A stretch of DNA of 64,000 bases from an uncultured virus (IMG/VR IMGVR_UViG_3300027816_000062). Taxonomy: Duplodnaviria; Heunggongvirae; Uroviricota; Caudoviricetes. Positions 37,340 through 46,128 of this stretch are shown here, in pieces. Positions within the stretch are counted from its first letter, which is position 1, and each line of letters begins with the position of its first letter. The notes under the pieces are model-generated. The model saw nothing but the letters and a program-made list of their open reading frames with translations. It ran no database searches and was not told where the DNA came from. The DNA lies in the IMG/VR virus record IMGVR_UViG_3300027816_000062. The stretch is one strand, 5' to 3'. A program made the position numbers and the translations under genes.

Positions 37340-38059
37340 ATGGAAAATAAAGAAACAAATAATGATCACGGCGGAATGTCTGAGCATGGCATGGCAGGTA
37401 CTATATGGGACATTGTCGATCTTGATTATGAAATTACAGAAAGACACAAAGGCCCTTCAATTGAATCTTTTAAGAGTGATTACAAAGATTATGTTGATGC
37501 TATCAAATCTCTTCGGCAATACAACGAAAGCGCAATTAGAACCGAAATTGAAAATTGGGACCTTACGATTTCGGAAGAAAGTCTTTTTGATTTTCAATTA
37601 GCACAGTCATATTATGCGAAGTTAATATCATACAGAATAAGAATTACATATCTCCAAGATATAGTTAATCAGCACTATGAATTGCTTTCAGAATCTGTAA
37701 AAAGCTTAAAAACTATGGCTGTTAAGCTTTCGACTGGGGCCAAGCACGACAAAGAAGCCACCGCAACAAATATTATTCAGCCATTGGCCAAGGCCCTTGC
37801 TAATGCAACTAGATTTAAGGCCAGCCTAGACGGTGTTTACAGAAATATCGATTTCGTTTCATGGCAGATGGAAAAATTACTAAGAGAAAAACAATCTATC
37901 TCCAGAATAAATAACGAACATGTGAGAGAGGGCATGAGCCATTCTTACACATCATTAAATGAAGAAAGAGAATCGCCTGAAAACAATTCTCAATTTACAC
38001 AATTCAGTGGTGGCAAAAAAACAAAAACTGTTGTGAAAACTCGTTCAAAATCCTCTTAA
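37340..38059 (+). CDS. Hypothetical helical protein
   Basis: ORF after dnaE with GGAG RBS; hairpin 38047-38082 downstream. Confidence 0.7.
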   Translation: MENKETNNDHGGMSEHGMAGTIWDIVDLDYEITERHKGPSIESFKSDYKDYVDAIKSLRQYNESAIRTEIENWDLTISEESLFDFQLAQSYYAKLISYRIRITYLQDIVNQHYELLSESVKSLKTMAVKLSTGAKHDKEATATNIIQPLAKALANATRFKASLDGVYRNIDFVSWQMEKLLREKQSISRINNEHVREGMSHSYTSLNEERESPENNSQFTQFSGGKKTKTVVKTRSKSS

Positions 38060-38250
38060 TACATGATGCTTTAAGAGGATTTGACTTTCTTTTAGCAGAA
38101 TATAAAATATGTGAGCGGACGCAAAAAAAATGTGTAAATTCACAAATGTCACACTAATATAAAAACAGAGAGTGAAGCAAAAGCCAGCAGGCCATATTAA
38201 TTGGCACTAAGAGCTTAAGTACAACTTTCACACAAAGGAGAAAAACCAAA

Positions 38251-39240
38251 ATGGCAAGACGTGTTACGCCAAAAACGTACAAAGAACAACAAACATCGCA
38301 GTCAAGTGGCCGAAGCTACCCTAAGTTTTCGGACATTATTGTTAACCTTTCGGTTACAAATCTTGAGGTTGGAGAAGACAAGTCGGTACGACTTCGACTT
38401 GTCGGGCTTCCTATTACTTACAAGGAATATAACGACAAAAAGTGGGTCCCTGGACAAAAGGGCAAAACAGAACGTGTTCCTTTCCCTGACGCTCATCTTA
38501 ATAAGTCTTTGACTAGAATTGGGCATGATGATGAATCGCAATGTCCGTGGAAGGCCGAGGGTTATATTGCTTCGGCAAAGTATGCACAAAATGTGCTTGA
38601 GTATGATGCTGAAAATAAGACCTGGGTTCCAAAGATTCTCAACAAGGGGGCATCAATTTTTGATAAGTTCCAGCAATGGACCGATGGTCGCCTTGAGGAA
38701 TACGAAGACCTCGACGAAGACGAAGCAGAGGATTTTATTACTCACCTTGGTGTAAGAATGTCGCCATGTGTTCGTATTAAGGCTTTGAAGAAGGGCGAAA
38801 AGGCACATGAAGTCGAGTACACAGTCACGGTTGAGTCAAAGCCCACCCCAATGACTGACGAGATGATTGAAATCCTCCGCAGTGCTGGAGAGCCTTCGGC
38901 GGAGCAAGCGGCAAAGATTCTTGCAGTCTATAAGCAAGATCAAGAAGATGACCCCACAATGCCCGAATGGGAAGACTTTTTTGCGCTTGGGCATGATCTC
39001 GACCGAATCTTTAAGTTCACGCAAAAGAAGGACGAAGATTCGTCTGAGCCCGAAAAATCCACTTCTGAAGCTTCACTTGATTTGTCTACTGATGACAATG
39101 ACGATGATGATGAGGAAGAGGAAGTCGCAAAGCCAGTCGCAAAGGCCAAGACATCCGCCAAGACTAAGGCAAAGGTGTCTGAACCAGAGCCCAACCCGTT
39201 TGATGACGAAGACGACGACGATTTGGACTGGACCAAATAA
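38251..39240 (+). CDS. Single-stranded DNA-binding protein (gp32-like)
   Basis: Strong AAGGAG RBS, very acidic C-terminal tail ending DDDDLDWTK, located just before recA. Confidence 0.65.
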   Translation: MARRVTPKTYKEQQTSQSSGRSYPKFSDIIVNLSVTNLEVGEDKSVRLRLVGLPITYKEYNDKKWVPGQKGKTERVPFPDAHLNKSLTRIGHDDESQCPWKAEGYIASAKYAQNVLEYDAENKTWVPKILNKGASIFDKFQQWTDGRLEEYEDLDEDEAEDFITHLGVRMSPCVRIKALKKGEKAHEVEYTVTVESKPTPMTDEMIEILRSAGEPSAEQAAKILAVYKQDQEDDPTMPEWEDFFALGHDLDRIFKFTQKKDEDSSEPEKSTSEASLDLSTDDNDDDDEEEEVAKPVAKAKTSAKTKAKVSEPEPNPFDDEDDDDLDWTK

Positions 39241-39319
39241 CATTTACTCTGAGGTTGTGTAAAAATTGCACAACCTCAGAGTAACTCTACGTAAAAGGAA
39301 TTTAATTACAAGAAATATC

Positions 39320-40564
39320 ATGGCTAAAAAAACAGACAAAAATCCTGAAAATGAATCGGAAAGCAAAATATTAGAATTTGAGAAAACAATTTTAAAACAA
39401 AAGTTAAAGGCACTTGGTGTCAGCGAAAAATGTGTAAAAACTGGGCGGACTGATAATGTCGCCTTCTGGCCAACTGGTGTTTTTGAGATTGATTCAATCC
39501 TGGGCGAAGGAGGCGGTATTCCAGAGGGCAGCCTCGTAGAGTTTTGTGGAGAATCTCAATCGGGAAAGACATGGCTTCTTTACAAGCTGATTGCAGAAGC
39601 ACAAGCAAAGGGAAAGAAATGCGCATTCTTTAATATTGAAAACTCATATTTTCCTCCTCGGGCAGTGGCCTGTGGTGTAGATATAGATAATCTTACTTTA
39701 GTTGAAAATATTGAGACCGCAGAGCAATATGGCGAAGTCTTAAAGCTAATGGTTGAAAGTGGGTTATATACCATTATTGGCGTAGACTCCATTACAGCAA
39801 TGATACCACAAGATGAAATTGCAAAATCACTAGAGCAAGTACAAACCATTGGCCTTCATGCACGTTTTGTAAAACGTCTTACAAGATCGCTGGTAGCCTT
39901 AACAGCTAAGTCGGGTACCATCTGTGTATTAATTAACCAGCTTTATATGGGACAAGGCAAGATGCCAGGAACCATGTCGCTAGGCGCTTCTGGCGGAAAT
40001 GCAATGAATTATTTCACTCATATTCGCCTTTGGATTAACAAAATTAATGGTGCGGCTGGAAAAATTGTAAAAAAAGATGCTGATGGTAATGAAATTATTG
40101 TTGGCGGAAAATCTCGGGCCTTACTGATGAAAACACGCTATGGAACGCCCAACGTTCATGCAGATTTTAAAATTATGTTTGTGGATGAAAAAACCAATAT
40201 GGTGGATGAGTTCATTTACAGAGCAAAATCAAAGCCAGGGGAATACATTAAAGAGTCTCGAAAAAAGTTTTCTTATATTGTCTCTGAGACAGGCGAAGTG
40301 GTGGAATCCAAAGACCCAATTGAATTCATTAAAAAGCTTCAAGAAGTGCCTGCTCCCGAAAAACGCACCAGGGGCGACAATTCTACAACTGCTTTTGAAT
40401 ACATTTGCGGTAGGCTTAAAATCAGTGGAAAGCCGCTTGACGACCTGATCGAGTCATTGAATAATTCGGCGGATAATGATTTTGACGACAATGATGATGA
40501 TGAAATTGAAAACAGCAATGAAATGAGCTTCGAAGATGCTGCTTCGATTATGTTCGAAGATTAA
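39320..40564 (+). CDS. recA: RecA/UvsX-like recombinase
   Basis: PTG...D..LG.GGIPEG, GESQSGKT, VDSITAM, INQL, GG.A. Confidence 0.92.
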   Translation: MAKKTDKNPENESESKILEFEKTILKQKLKALGVSEKCVKTGRTDNVAFWPTGVFEIDSILGEGGGIPEGSLVEFCGESQSGKTWLLYKLIAEAQAKGKKCAFFNIENSYFPPRAVACGVDIDNLTLVENIETAEQYGEVLKLMVESGLYTIIGVDSITAMIPQDEIAKSLEQVQTIGLHARFVKRLTRSLVALTAKSGTICVLINQLYMGQGKMPGTMSLGASGGNAMNYFTHIRLWINKINGAAGKIVKKDADGNEIIVGGKSRALLMKTRYGTPNVHADFKIMFVDEKTNMVDEFIYRAKSKPGEYIKESRKKFSYIVSETGEVVESKDPIEFIKKLQEVPAPEKRTRGDNSTTAFEYICGRLKISGKPLDDLIESLNNSADNDFDDNDDDEIENSNEMSFEDAASIMFED

Positions 40565-40586
40565 TTAATTAATCATAAAATTAAAT

Positions 40587-40631
40587 AAAAACACAAGGCA
40601 TAATGTTTATCAAAGCATGCCTTGTGTTTTT
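40587..40631. terminator. Bidirectional terminator-like inverted repeat
   Basis: AAAAACACAAGGCAT...ATGCCTTGTGTTTTT. Confidence 0.65.
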
Positions 40632-40715
40632 ATTGTTTGAAATCCACTAAAATAAATCATAAGTTTTGGGCATTGTCATATTTTACAAATCATAACTGGA
40701 GCATAAGAATATTAA

Positions 40716-41522
40716 ATGGAAAGAAATCGTGAAGATGTTATCGTTGATGTTAATAAAACTATGCTTTCTGGCGAGGCAATGGCCTTGCAATTTAACAAAA
40801 ATCTCCTGAATAATAGCGGAGCGTTAGATTATGTTTTATCCCGCGGTATAAAAATGCATCAAATAGAGTCTGGTGCCGTCGGTTTTTGCCCGCCGTATTC
40901 TAGTCACTGGTTTCCGCTTCTAAAAGGAAGAATTACAGTACCCATAAGAGATGTTCATGGAAGGGTAATTGCCTTTGCGGGAAGACAATATGAGGGGATG
41001 CAAAGCCTTACTGAAAACGCACTTTGGGAAAAATACGGTGACAAACCCGCAAAGGCAGAGGAAAGAATTAAAAAGTGGCAAAAAAGCAAATGGATTAATG
41101 AAACATATCCCAAAAATCGTCATCTTTATGGATTATATGAAGCTCGCAATTTCGTAAGAGAAATGGGATATATTGTTCTTGTTGAGGGGTATTTTGACGT
41201 CCTTGTGCAATCGTCAAGGCACCTTCCCAATACTGCTGCGCTTTGTGGCGTAGCCCTATCAGAATATCATTGTGCATTAATTTCTCGCTATACTCAAAAT
41301 GTTGTTCTCATATTGGACGGGGATGATGCAGGCCATAAGGCGCTTGGAAAAATGATGCCCAAAATAGAAGAGGCGGATTTGCAGCCCTATATTGTTAAGT
41401 TGCCCAATGGTTACGATCCAGATAATTTTGTAATCAAATATGGCGGCAAGAATTTAAAAAGAATTTGCGATAAGTTAATTGCTGAGCAACAGAAAGAAAT
41501 TCAAATAAATGTGAGAGATTAA
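40716..41522 (+). CDS. dnaG: DNA primase catalytic (TOPRIM) subunit
   Basis: RITVPIRD..GRVIAFAGR, VEGYFDV, LDGDDAG, DPD; lacks the N-terminal Zn finger. Confidence 0.9.
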   Translation: MERNREDVIVDVNKTMLSGEAMALQFNKNLLNNSGALDYVLSRGIKMHQIESGAVGFCPPYSSHWFPLLKGRITVPIRDVHGRVIAFAGRQYEGMQSLTENALWEKYGDKPAKAEERIKKWQKSKWINETYPKNRHLYGLYEARNFVREMGYIVLVEGYFDVLVQSSRHLPNTAALCGVALSEYHCALISRYTQNVVLILDGDDAGHKALGKMMPKIEEADLQPYIVKLPNGYDPDNFVIKYGGKNLKRICDKLIAEQQKEIQINVRD

Positions 41523-41525
41523 ATT

Positions 41526-41981
41526 ATGAGACCGTCTTGGGATTGTTATTTTATGGAAATGGCTATTTTGGCTAGAAAAAGGTCTACTTGTTCTAGCCGC
41601 AAAGTTGGTGCAGTCTTGGTGAAAGACAGGCATGTAATTTCCACTGGTTACAACGGATCGCCGCCTGGCATGCTGCATTGCGATGACCCTGGCATTGGTT
41701 GCTTGTTACAAGATGGTAGATGCGTTAGAACAATTCATGCCGAGCAAAATGCCCTTCTGCAAGCGGCAAGAAAAGGCGTCAGTACGCTTGGGGCGACGGT
41801 CTACACCACGCATCGACCCTGCGATGTTTGTTCCAAATTGTTGGCGGGAGCGGGAATTAGTCGTGTTGTTTATATAAATGGCACCATTGATGGTTGGGGA
41901 AAAGAAATTTTTGATGCATCTAATATTCAGGCAGATAAATTTTCATGCAACGAATGTGATTTTTTACTTTTTGAAGATTAA
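41526..41981 (+). CDS. dCMP deaminase (ComEB-like)
   Basis: RSTC..RKVGA, TGYNG, HAEQNA, PCDVC. Confidence 0.92.
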   Translation: MRPSWDCYFMEMAILARKRSTCSSRKVGAVLVKDRHVISTGYNGSPPGMLHCDDPGIGCLLQDGRCVRTIHAEQNALLQAARKGVSTLGATVYTTHRPCDVCSKLLAGAGISRVVYINGTIDGWGKEIFDASNIQADKFSCNECDFLLFED

Positions 41982-42001
41982 ATAAACGAAATTAAAGTAA
42001 C

Positions 42002-43801
42002 ATGATTGAAACTGTTTGGGAAATTAAAAAGGCTAAACGCCAAATTGTAGATGAAATTGCCGATCATATGGAGTTGCCCATATCTGTGGCGTCTTTATTT
42101 GTGGCAAGAGGATTGGATACTCAAGACAAGATTGAAGATTTTACAAAAATAGGCACAAAATATTTGCACAATCCCTATATGCTTCCAGATATTAAGCCCG
42201 TATTATCAAGGCTTCATAAGGCCCTAGATAATAACGAAAAAATATTTGTTTGGGGAGACTATGATGTTGATGGCATTACTGCAACAAGTGTTGTTGTTAC
42301 GACACTTAGAAAGCTCGGGGCCAATCTTGCATATAAAGTGCCTCACAGAATGGAGGATGGGTACGATATTAAAACACCATCGGTAGATCAGGCTATTCAA
42401 GCTGGTGCTGATTTGCTTTTTTCTGTTGACTGTGGTATTGTTGCATTCGAAGCGGCCAATTACGCCAAAGAAAAAGGCTTGGACCTAATCATAACCGATC
42501 ACCACCACCCATCAAGCGACGGCAAAATTCCTGATTGCATCGGGGTTGTAAACCCAAACAGAGATGACCCTGAATATCCAGGAGAGCATTTTGCTTCATA
42601 CGCAAAATCAGATTTCCAAAGATATCCTTTTGATAGCCTGGCAGGTGTAGGCATTGCATTTAAGGTGATGTTAGCCCTCGCTCACGAACGGGGCATCCCA
42701 ATGCGAGAAATGATGGATGAACTCATTGAGTACGTGGCATTAGGTACGGTTGCAGACGTTGCTCCCATGATTGATGAAAATCGAACCTTGGTGCATCTTG
42801 GGTGTATGCGACTCACTAACACAGACAAGGTTGGTTTATCAGAGCTTCTTAAAGTAGCAGGTGTTAAAAACGTGACCACCACGAGTATTGGGTTCAATCT
42901 TGGCCCAAGAATTAATGCCATTGGGCGCTTGGATGATGCTGGCCTTGCACTTGATCTTTTGCTTGAAAAGAACGAAAGCCGAGCAAAGGCTTTGGCCATT
43001 CAGCTCGACACTGCAAATAAGCGCAGGCAACAACAACAAGAGCAAGTTACACAAGAAGCCATTGCAATGGTTGAAAGTGAATACGATATAGAAAACACGC
43101 ATATATTAGTTGTTGGAGCAAAGGGTTGGCACCCTGGGCTCATTGGTCTTGTTGCAGGCAAGCTTGCAGAAAAATACGGAAAACCAGCGCTTGTGTGTTC
43201 AATTAAAGAAGATGGATACGCCAAGGGAAGCTGCAGATCAACGCGACATTTTAATATTCTTGAGGCTCTTAAATCACCGCAGGCATGGTCACTCTTTAAG
43301 AAAAGAAATGATGGTTCAGTAGTTTGCGGAGGACATGCTTTTGCAGCTGGTTTTGAATTGCATTCTGATAATTTAAAACCCATGAGCAAGGCCTTAAATG
43401 ATTATGCCAAAGATATTATTGGGGACGTAAAAAATCAAAGAGTAATAGATATTGATGCTAAAATACAACCTGGCGAGATAAGTGTTCAAACACATGACGC
43501 AATGATGAGGCTTGCTCCTTTCGGGGCCGAAAACCCCCAGCCTGTTTTTATCGCAAAAAATATGATAATTATGTCATCCAAAACAATTACCGACGGCAAG
43601 CATTTAAAGCTCAAACTTAAGGGTAAAAACAGTACAAACTGGGTGGAAGCAAATGCCTGGAGAAGAGGTCATGAAGCTGACAAATTCTGTGAAGGTGCAG
43701 TGGTAGATGTAGTGTTTACAATGTCTGTCGAAGAATATGCTGGACGGACTTCTTTGGCCATGACTATTGAAGACATGCGTCTATCAGAGGCGGCTTCATA
43801 A
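42002..43801 (+). CDS. recJ: RecJ ssDNA exonuclease
   Basis: GDYDVDG, TDHH, GTVADV, GPRINAIGRL, GGHAFAAG. Confidence 0.95.
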   Translation: MIETVWEIKKAKRQIVDEIADHMELPISVASLFVARGLDTQDKIEDFTKIGTKYLHNPYMLPDIKPVLSRLHKALDNNEKIFVWGDYDVDGITATSVVVTTLRKLGANLAYKVPHRMEDGYDIKTPSVDQAIQAGADLLFSVDCGIVAFEAANYAKEKGLDLIITDHHHPSSDGKIPDCIGVVNPNRDDPEYPGEHFASYAKSDFQRYPFDSLAGVGIAFKVMLALAHERGIPMREMMDELIEYVALGTVADVAPMIDENRTLVHLGCMRLTNTDKVGLSELLKVAGVKNVTTTSIGFNLGPRINAIGRLDDAGLALDLLLEKNESRAKALAIQLDTANKRRQQQQEQVTQEAIAMVESEYDIENTHILVVGAKGWHPGLIGLVAGKLAEKYGKPALVCSIKEDGYAKGSCRSTRHFNILEALKSPQAWSLFKKRNDGSVVCGGHAFAAGFELHSDNLKPMSKALNDYAKDIIGDVKNQRVIDIDAKIQPGEISVQTHDAMMRLAPFGAENPQPVFIAKNMIIMSSKTITDGKHLKLKLKGKNSTNWVEANAWRRGHEADKFCEGAVVDVVFTMSVEEYAGRTSLAMTIEDMRLSEAAS

Positions 43802-44014
43802 TAATTATTCTTTAAAGACAAAATAATCATAAAAAAAGCATGTCTTCTGACCTATAATTATTTATGTGATTTCAAACAATATGCAATCACATAAATAATT
43901 ATCGTGGTAGATTAAACAATCACAATCAACAGACACGCACAGATTTTTTTATAATCTACAAGATGTCAAGCGTATTTATATCAACATAAACCACGGCTTT
44001 GTAATAAAAAGCCT

Positions 44015-45022
44015 ATGTCAAATATTATACCGAAAAACAAATCAAATATTTCTAAATCTGGCAAAAATCAGGCTAGGCAAAAGGAAATTTTGCATTTTCA
44101 AGAGCGCCTTGAAAATGCAATCCTTAATTATCAACAGGCTTTGTCAGATAACAACTCTGTTTCAATAGAAAAATTTTATGCTCTAATTTGCGAATTATAT
44201 CCTCCGCAAAAACATATAGCAGAATGGTACAGTAAATATTATTTCCTATATGATACTGCTGAGGACTTTAATCAAGAATACGAAATGATTTTTTGCAAAG
44301 TGATTTCGAAATGGAAGCCACGAAATGAGAGGCGCGTAAGTCGTCACGAAGGCTCTGGCGAGTTTAAAAATTACTTTATGGGTGCTTTGCAAAACCACTA
44401 CACAAATCTTGTTAAGGCGAGTAGCGCAGGAAAAAGAAATATGGGCTGCAAATGTCCCATTTGTAATATATGGGTTAGCCCTCTTTCAAATCACCTGAGA
44501 CAACATCATGTGGAACTTTTGTGGGAACAGCTGCTAAGTTTCGGGTATGATATTAATACTTTGACAGCCTGCCCATTTTGTAAATCTCACAAAGTTCCAA
44601 GACAAATTTTATGCGATCACCAAGAAGAAGGTGCATGTGATGTCTGCAAGTTTAAGGCAGAAAATGACGCGCTTCGTAAACACATGTTGTCTAAGCACTC
44701 GACGTATTTATTTCAAAGATTTAGTGAGCTTTATCCCAATCACAACACCATGAAACCAAAAGAGGTTAGTGTGTGGGTATCGGACGAAGATGAAAATGGT
44801 GATGAAAACTGCTACTATGATTTAACGCCAGAAGAAAATAAAATCAACATTCTGATGAACCTAAATTTAACAGACATTGAGCAGTCTATATTAACTATGG
44901 CTCTAAGCGGAAACAGTGTAATTACATATAAGTCCCATCTTTATAAATGTAGTGAAGAGGATTTTAACATTGCTTTAAACAGCCTTCGTGACAAAATGTC
45001 ACTAGCTGGTATAGAAGGGTAA
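44015..45022 (+). CDS. Sigma-factor-like protein with inserted zinc fingers
   Basis: EDF.QE...W......FKNYFMGALQNHYTNL (region 2-like); CPIC..HLRQHH and CPFC...HMLSKH; LTDIEQSIL...LRDKM (region 4-like). Confidence 0.55.
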   Translation: MSNIIPKNKSNISKSGKNQARQKEILHFQERLENAILNYQQALSDNNSVSIEKFYALICELYPPQKHIAEWYSKYYFLYDTAEDFNQEYEMIFCKVISKWKPRNERRVSRHEGSGEFKNYFMGALQNHYTNLVKASSAGKRNMGCKCPICNIWVSPLSNHLRQHHVELLWEQLLSFGYDINTLTACPFCKSHKVPRQILCDHQEEGACDVCKFKAENDALRKHMLSKHSTYLFQRFSELYPNHNTMKPKEVSVWVSDEDENGDENCYYDLTPEENKINILMNLNLTDIEQSILTMALSGNSVITYKSHLYKCSEEDFNIALNSLRDKMSLAGIEG

Positions 45023-45025
45023 AAA

Positions 45026-45385
45026 ATGAGCGAAAATAACACAGAAACAAAAAATAAACAATTAGACCCACAAACACTGAGGGCGCGTGGAGGCGATCCA
45101 AACAACCCAGACCCAAGTCGCAGACCCACCGATCCTGTTGGGCTTTCGCGAAGCATTATGCATGTTTTAGAGGATCATGAATATGTTAGGATTAATTCTG
45201 TTGGTCCCGTCGCTTTGAATTCTGTCATGGCTGCTTTTCGCATAGCCTCAAGAGAAATAGAGAGCCGCACAACAGGGGCTGTATTGGTAATACGCCAATC
45301 AGAGTATCCCGCGACTATTGATGGCAAGCAAACAAAGGGAGTTTGTACTAGAATTTTTGCGATACCGATTAAATATGCCCAATAA
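45026..45385 (+). CDS. spoVS: SpoVS family protein
   Basis: P..LSRSI..VL......INSVGPVALN.V.AA.RIA matches the SpoVS pattern. Confidence 0.7.
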   Translation: MSENNTETKNKQLDPQTLRARGGDPNNPDPSRRPTDPVGLSRSIMHVLEDHEYVRINSVGPVALNSVMAAFRIASREIESRTTGAVLVIRQSEYPATIDGKQTKGVCTRIFAIPIKYAQ

Positions 45386-45401
45386 ACAAGGAATAAATTA
45401 C

Positions 45402-45908
45402 ATGTTTAAATCCCCATTTTCTCGCAGCCTATCTGAAAGGCAACAGTGGTTAAACAAAGTGTTGCTTGAGGGCGAAAATCCATTTAAAATGGACGAAAAT
45501 TCTTCTCAAAATTCAAAGGCCACAGATGATAAAAACATGAATAATATTTTCAACGCAAACAACTCATGGAGTGATCTTATTCAAAAAGCCAAACAACAAA
45601 ATGGGCCTGTAATCGTAAGAGACAATCAGATTTTAGTCGAAGGCAACGACCAAGCATCTGCGATTGCAATGGTGGGATTGAAAAAATGTCTTACTGGCCT
45701 TAAAACAGATATTGAAAATATAAGTGAATCAGAACTTCATGATTTGGTTTTGCGCCAGATTTCACAAAATAGAACAGCACGCAAGTCTTTGATGCTTACT
45801 TTAAGATTTTTAAGAGACTTAGATGCAGAAGCTTTTTTGGAAAACGAACATGAAATTAGGAGTCAGTCAGCCCTTCTGGCTCAAATAAAGGCTTTTAATC
45901 AGCAATAA
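45402..45908 (+). CDS. Hypothetical protein
   Basis: AGGA RBS before ATG 45402. Confidence 0.7.
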   Translation: MFKSPFSRSLSERQQWLNKVLLEGENPFKMDENSSQNSKATDDKNMNNIFNANNSWSDLIQKAKQQNGPVIVRDNQILVEGNDQASAIAMVGLKKCLTGLKTDIENISESELHDLVLRQISQNRTARKSLMLTLRFLRDLDAEAFLENEHEIRSQSALLAQIKAFNQQ

Positions 45909-46128
45909 GGCATAAATATAACTAAATATATGCGACACGATATACATTAAAAAACAAGATATTTTCAAGCAATGTCTCATTTTGATGAAAGTGTCGTTTT
46001 TATTTTTTTATCCGTGAATTGTTGACCAAAACCACACTAATTATATAACAGAAATAAGTTGTTTAAGGCAAAGCGGGCTGCCACTAATCAACTTGAAAAA
46101 AACAACACAAATTTTAAGGAGAATAACA

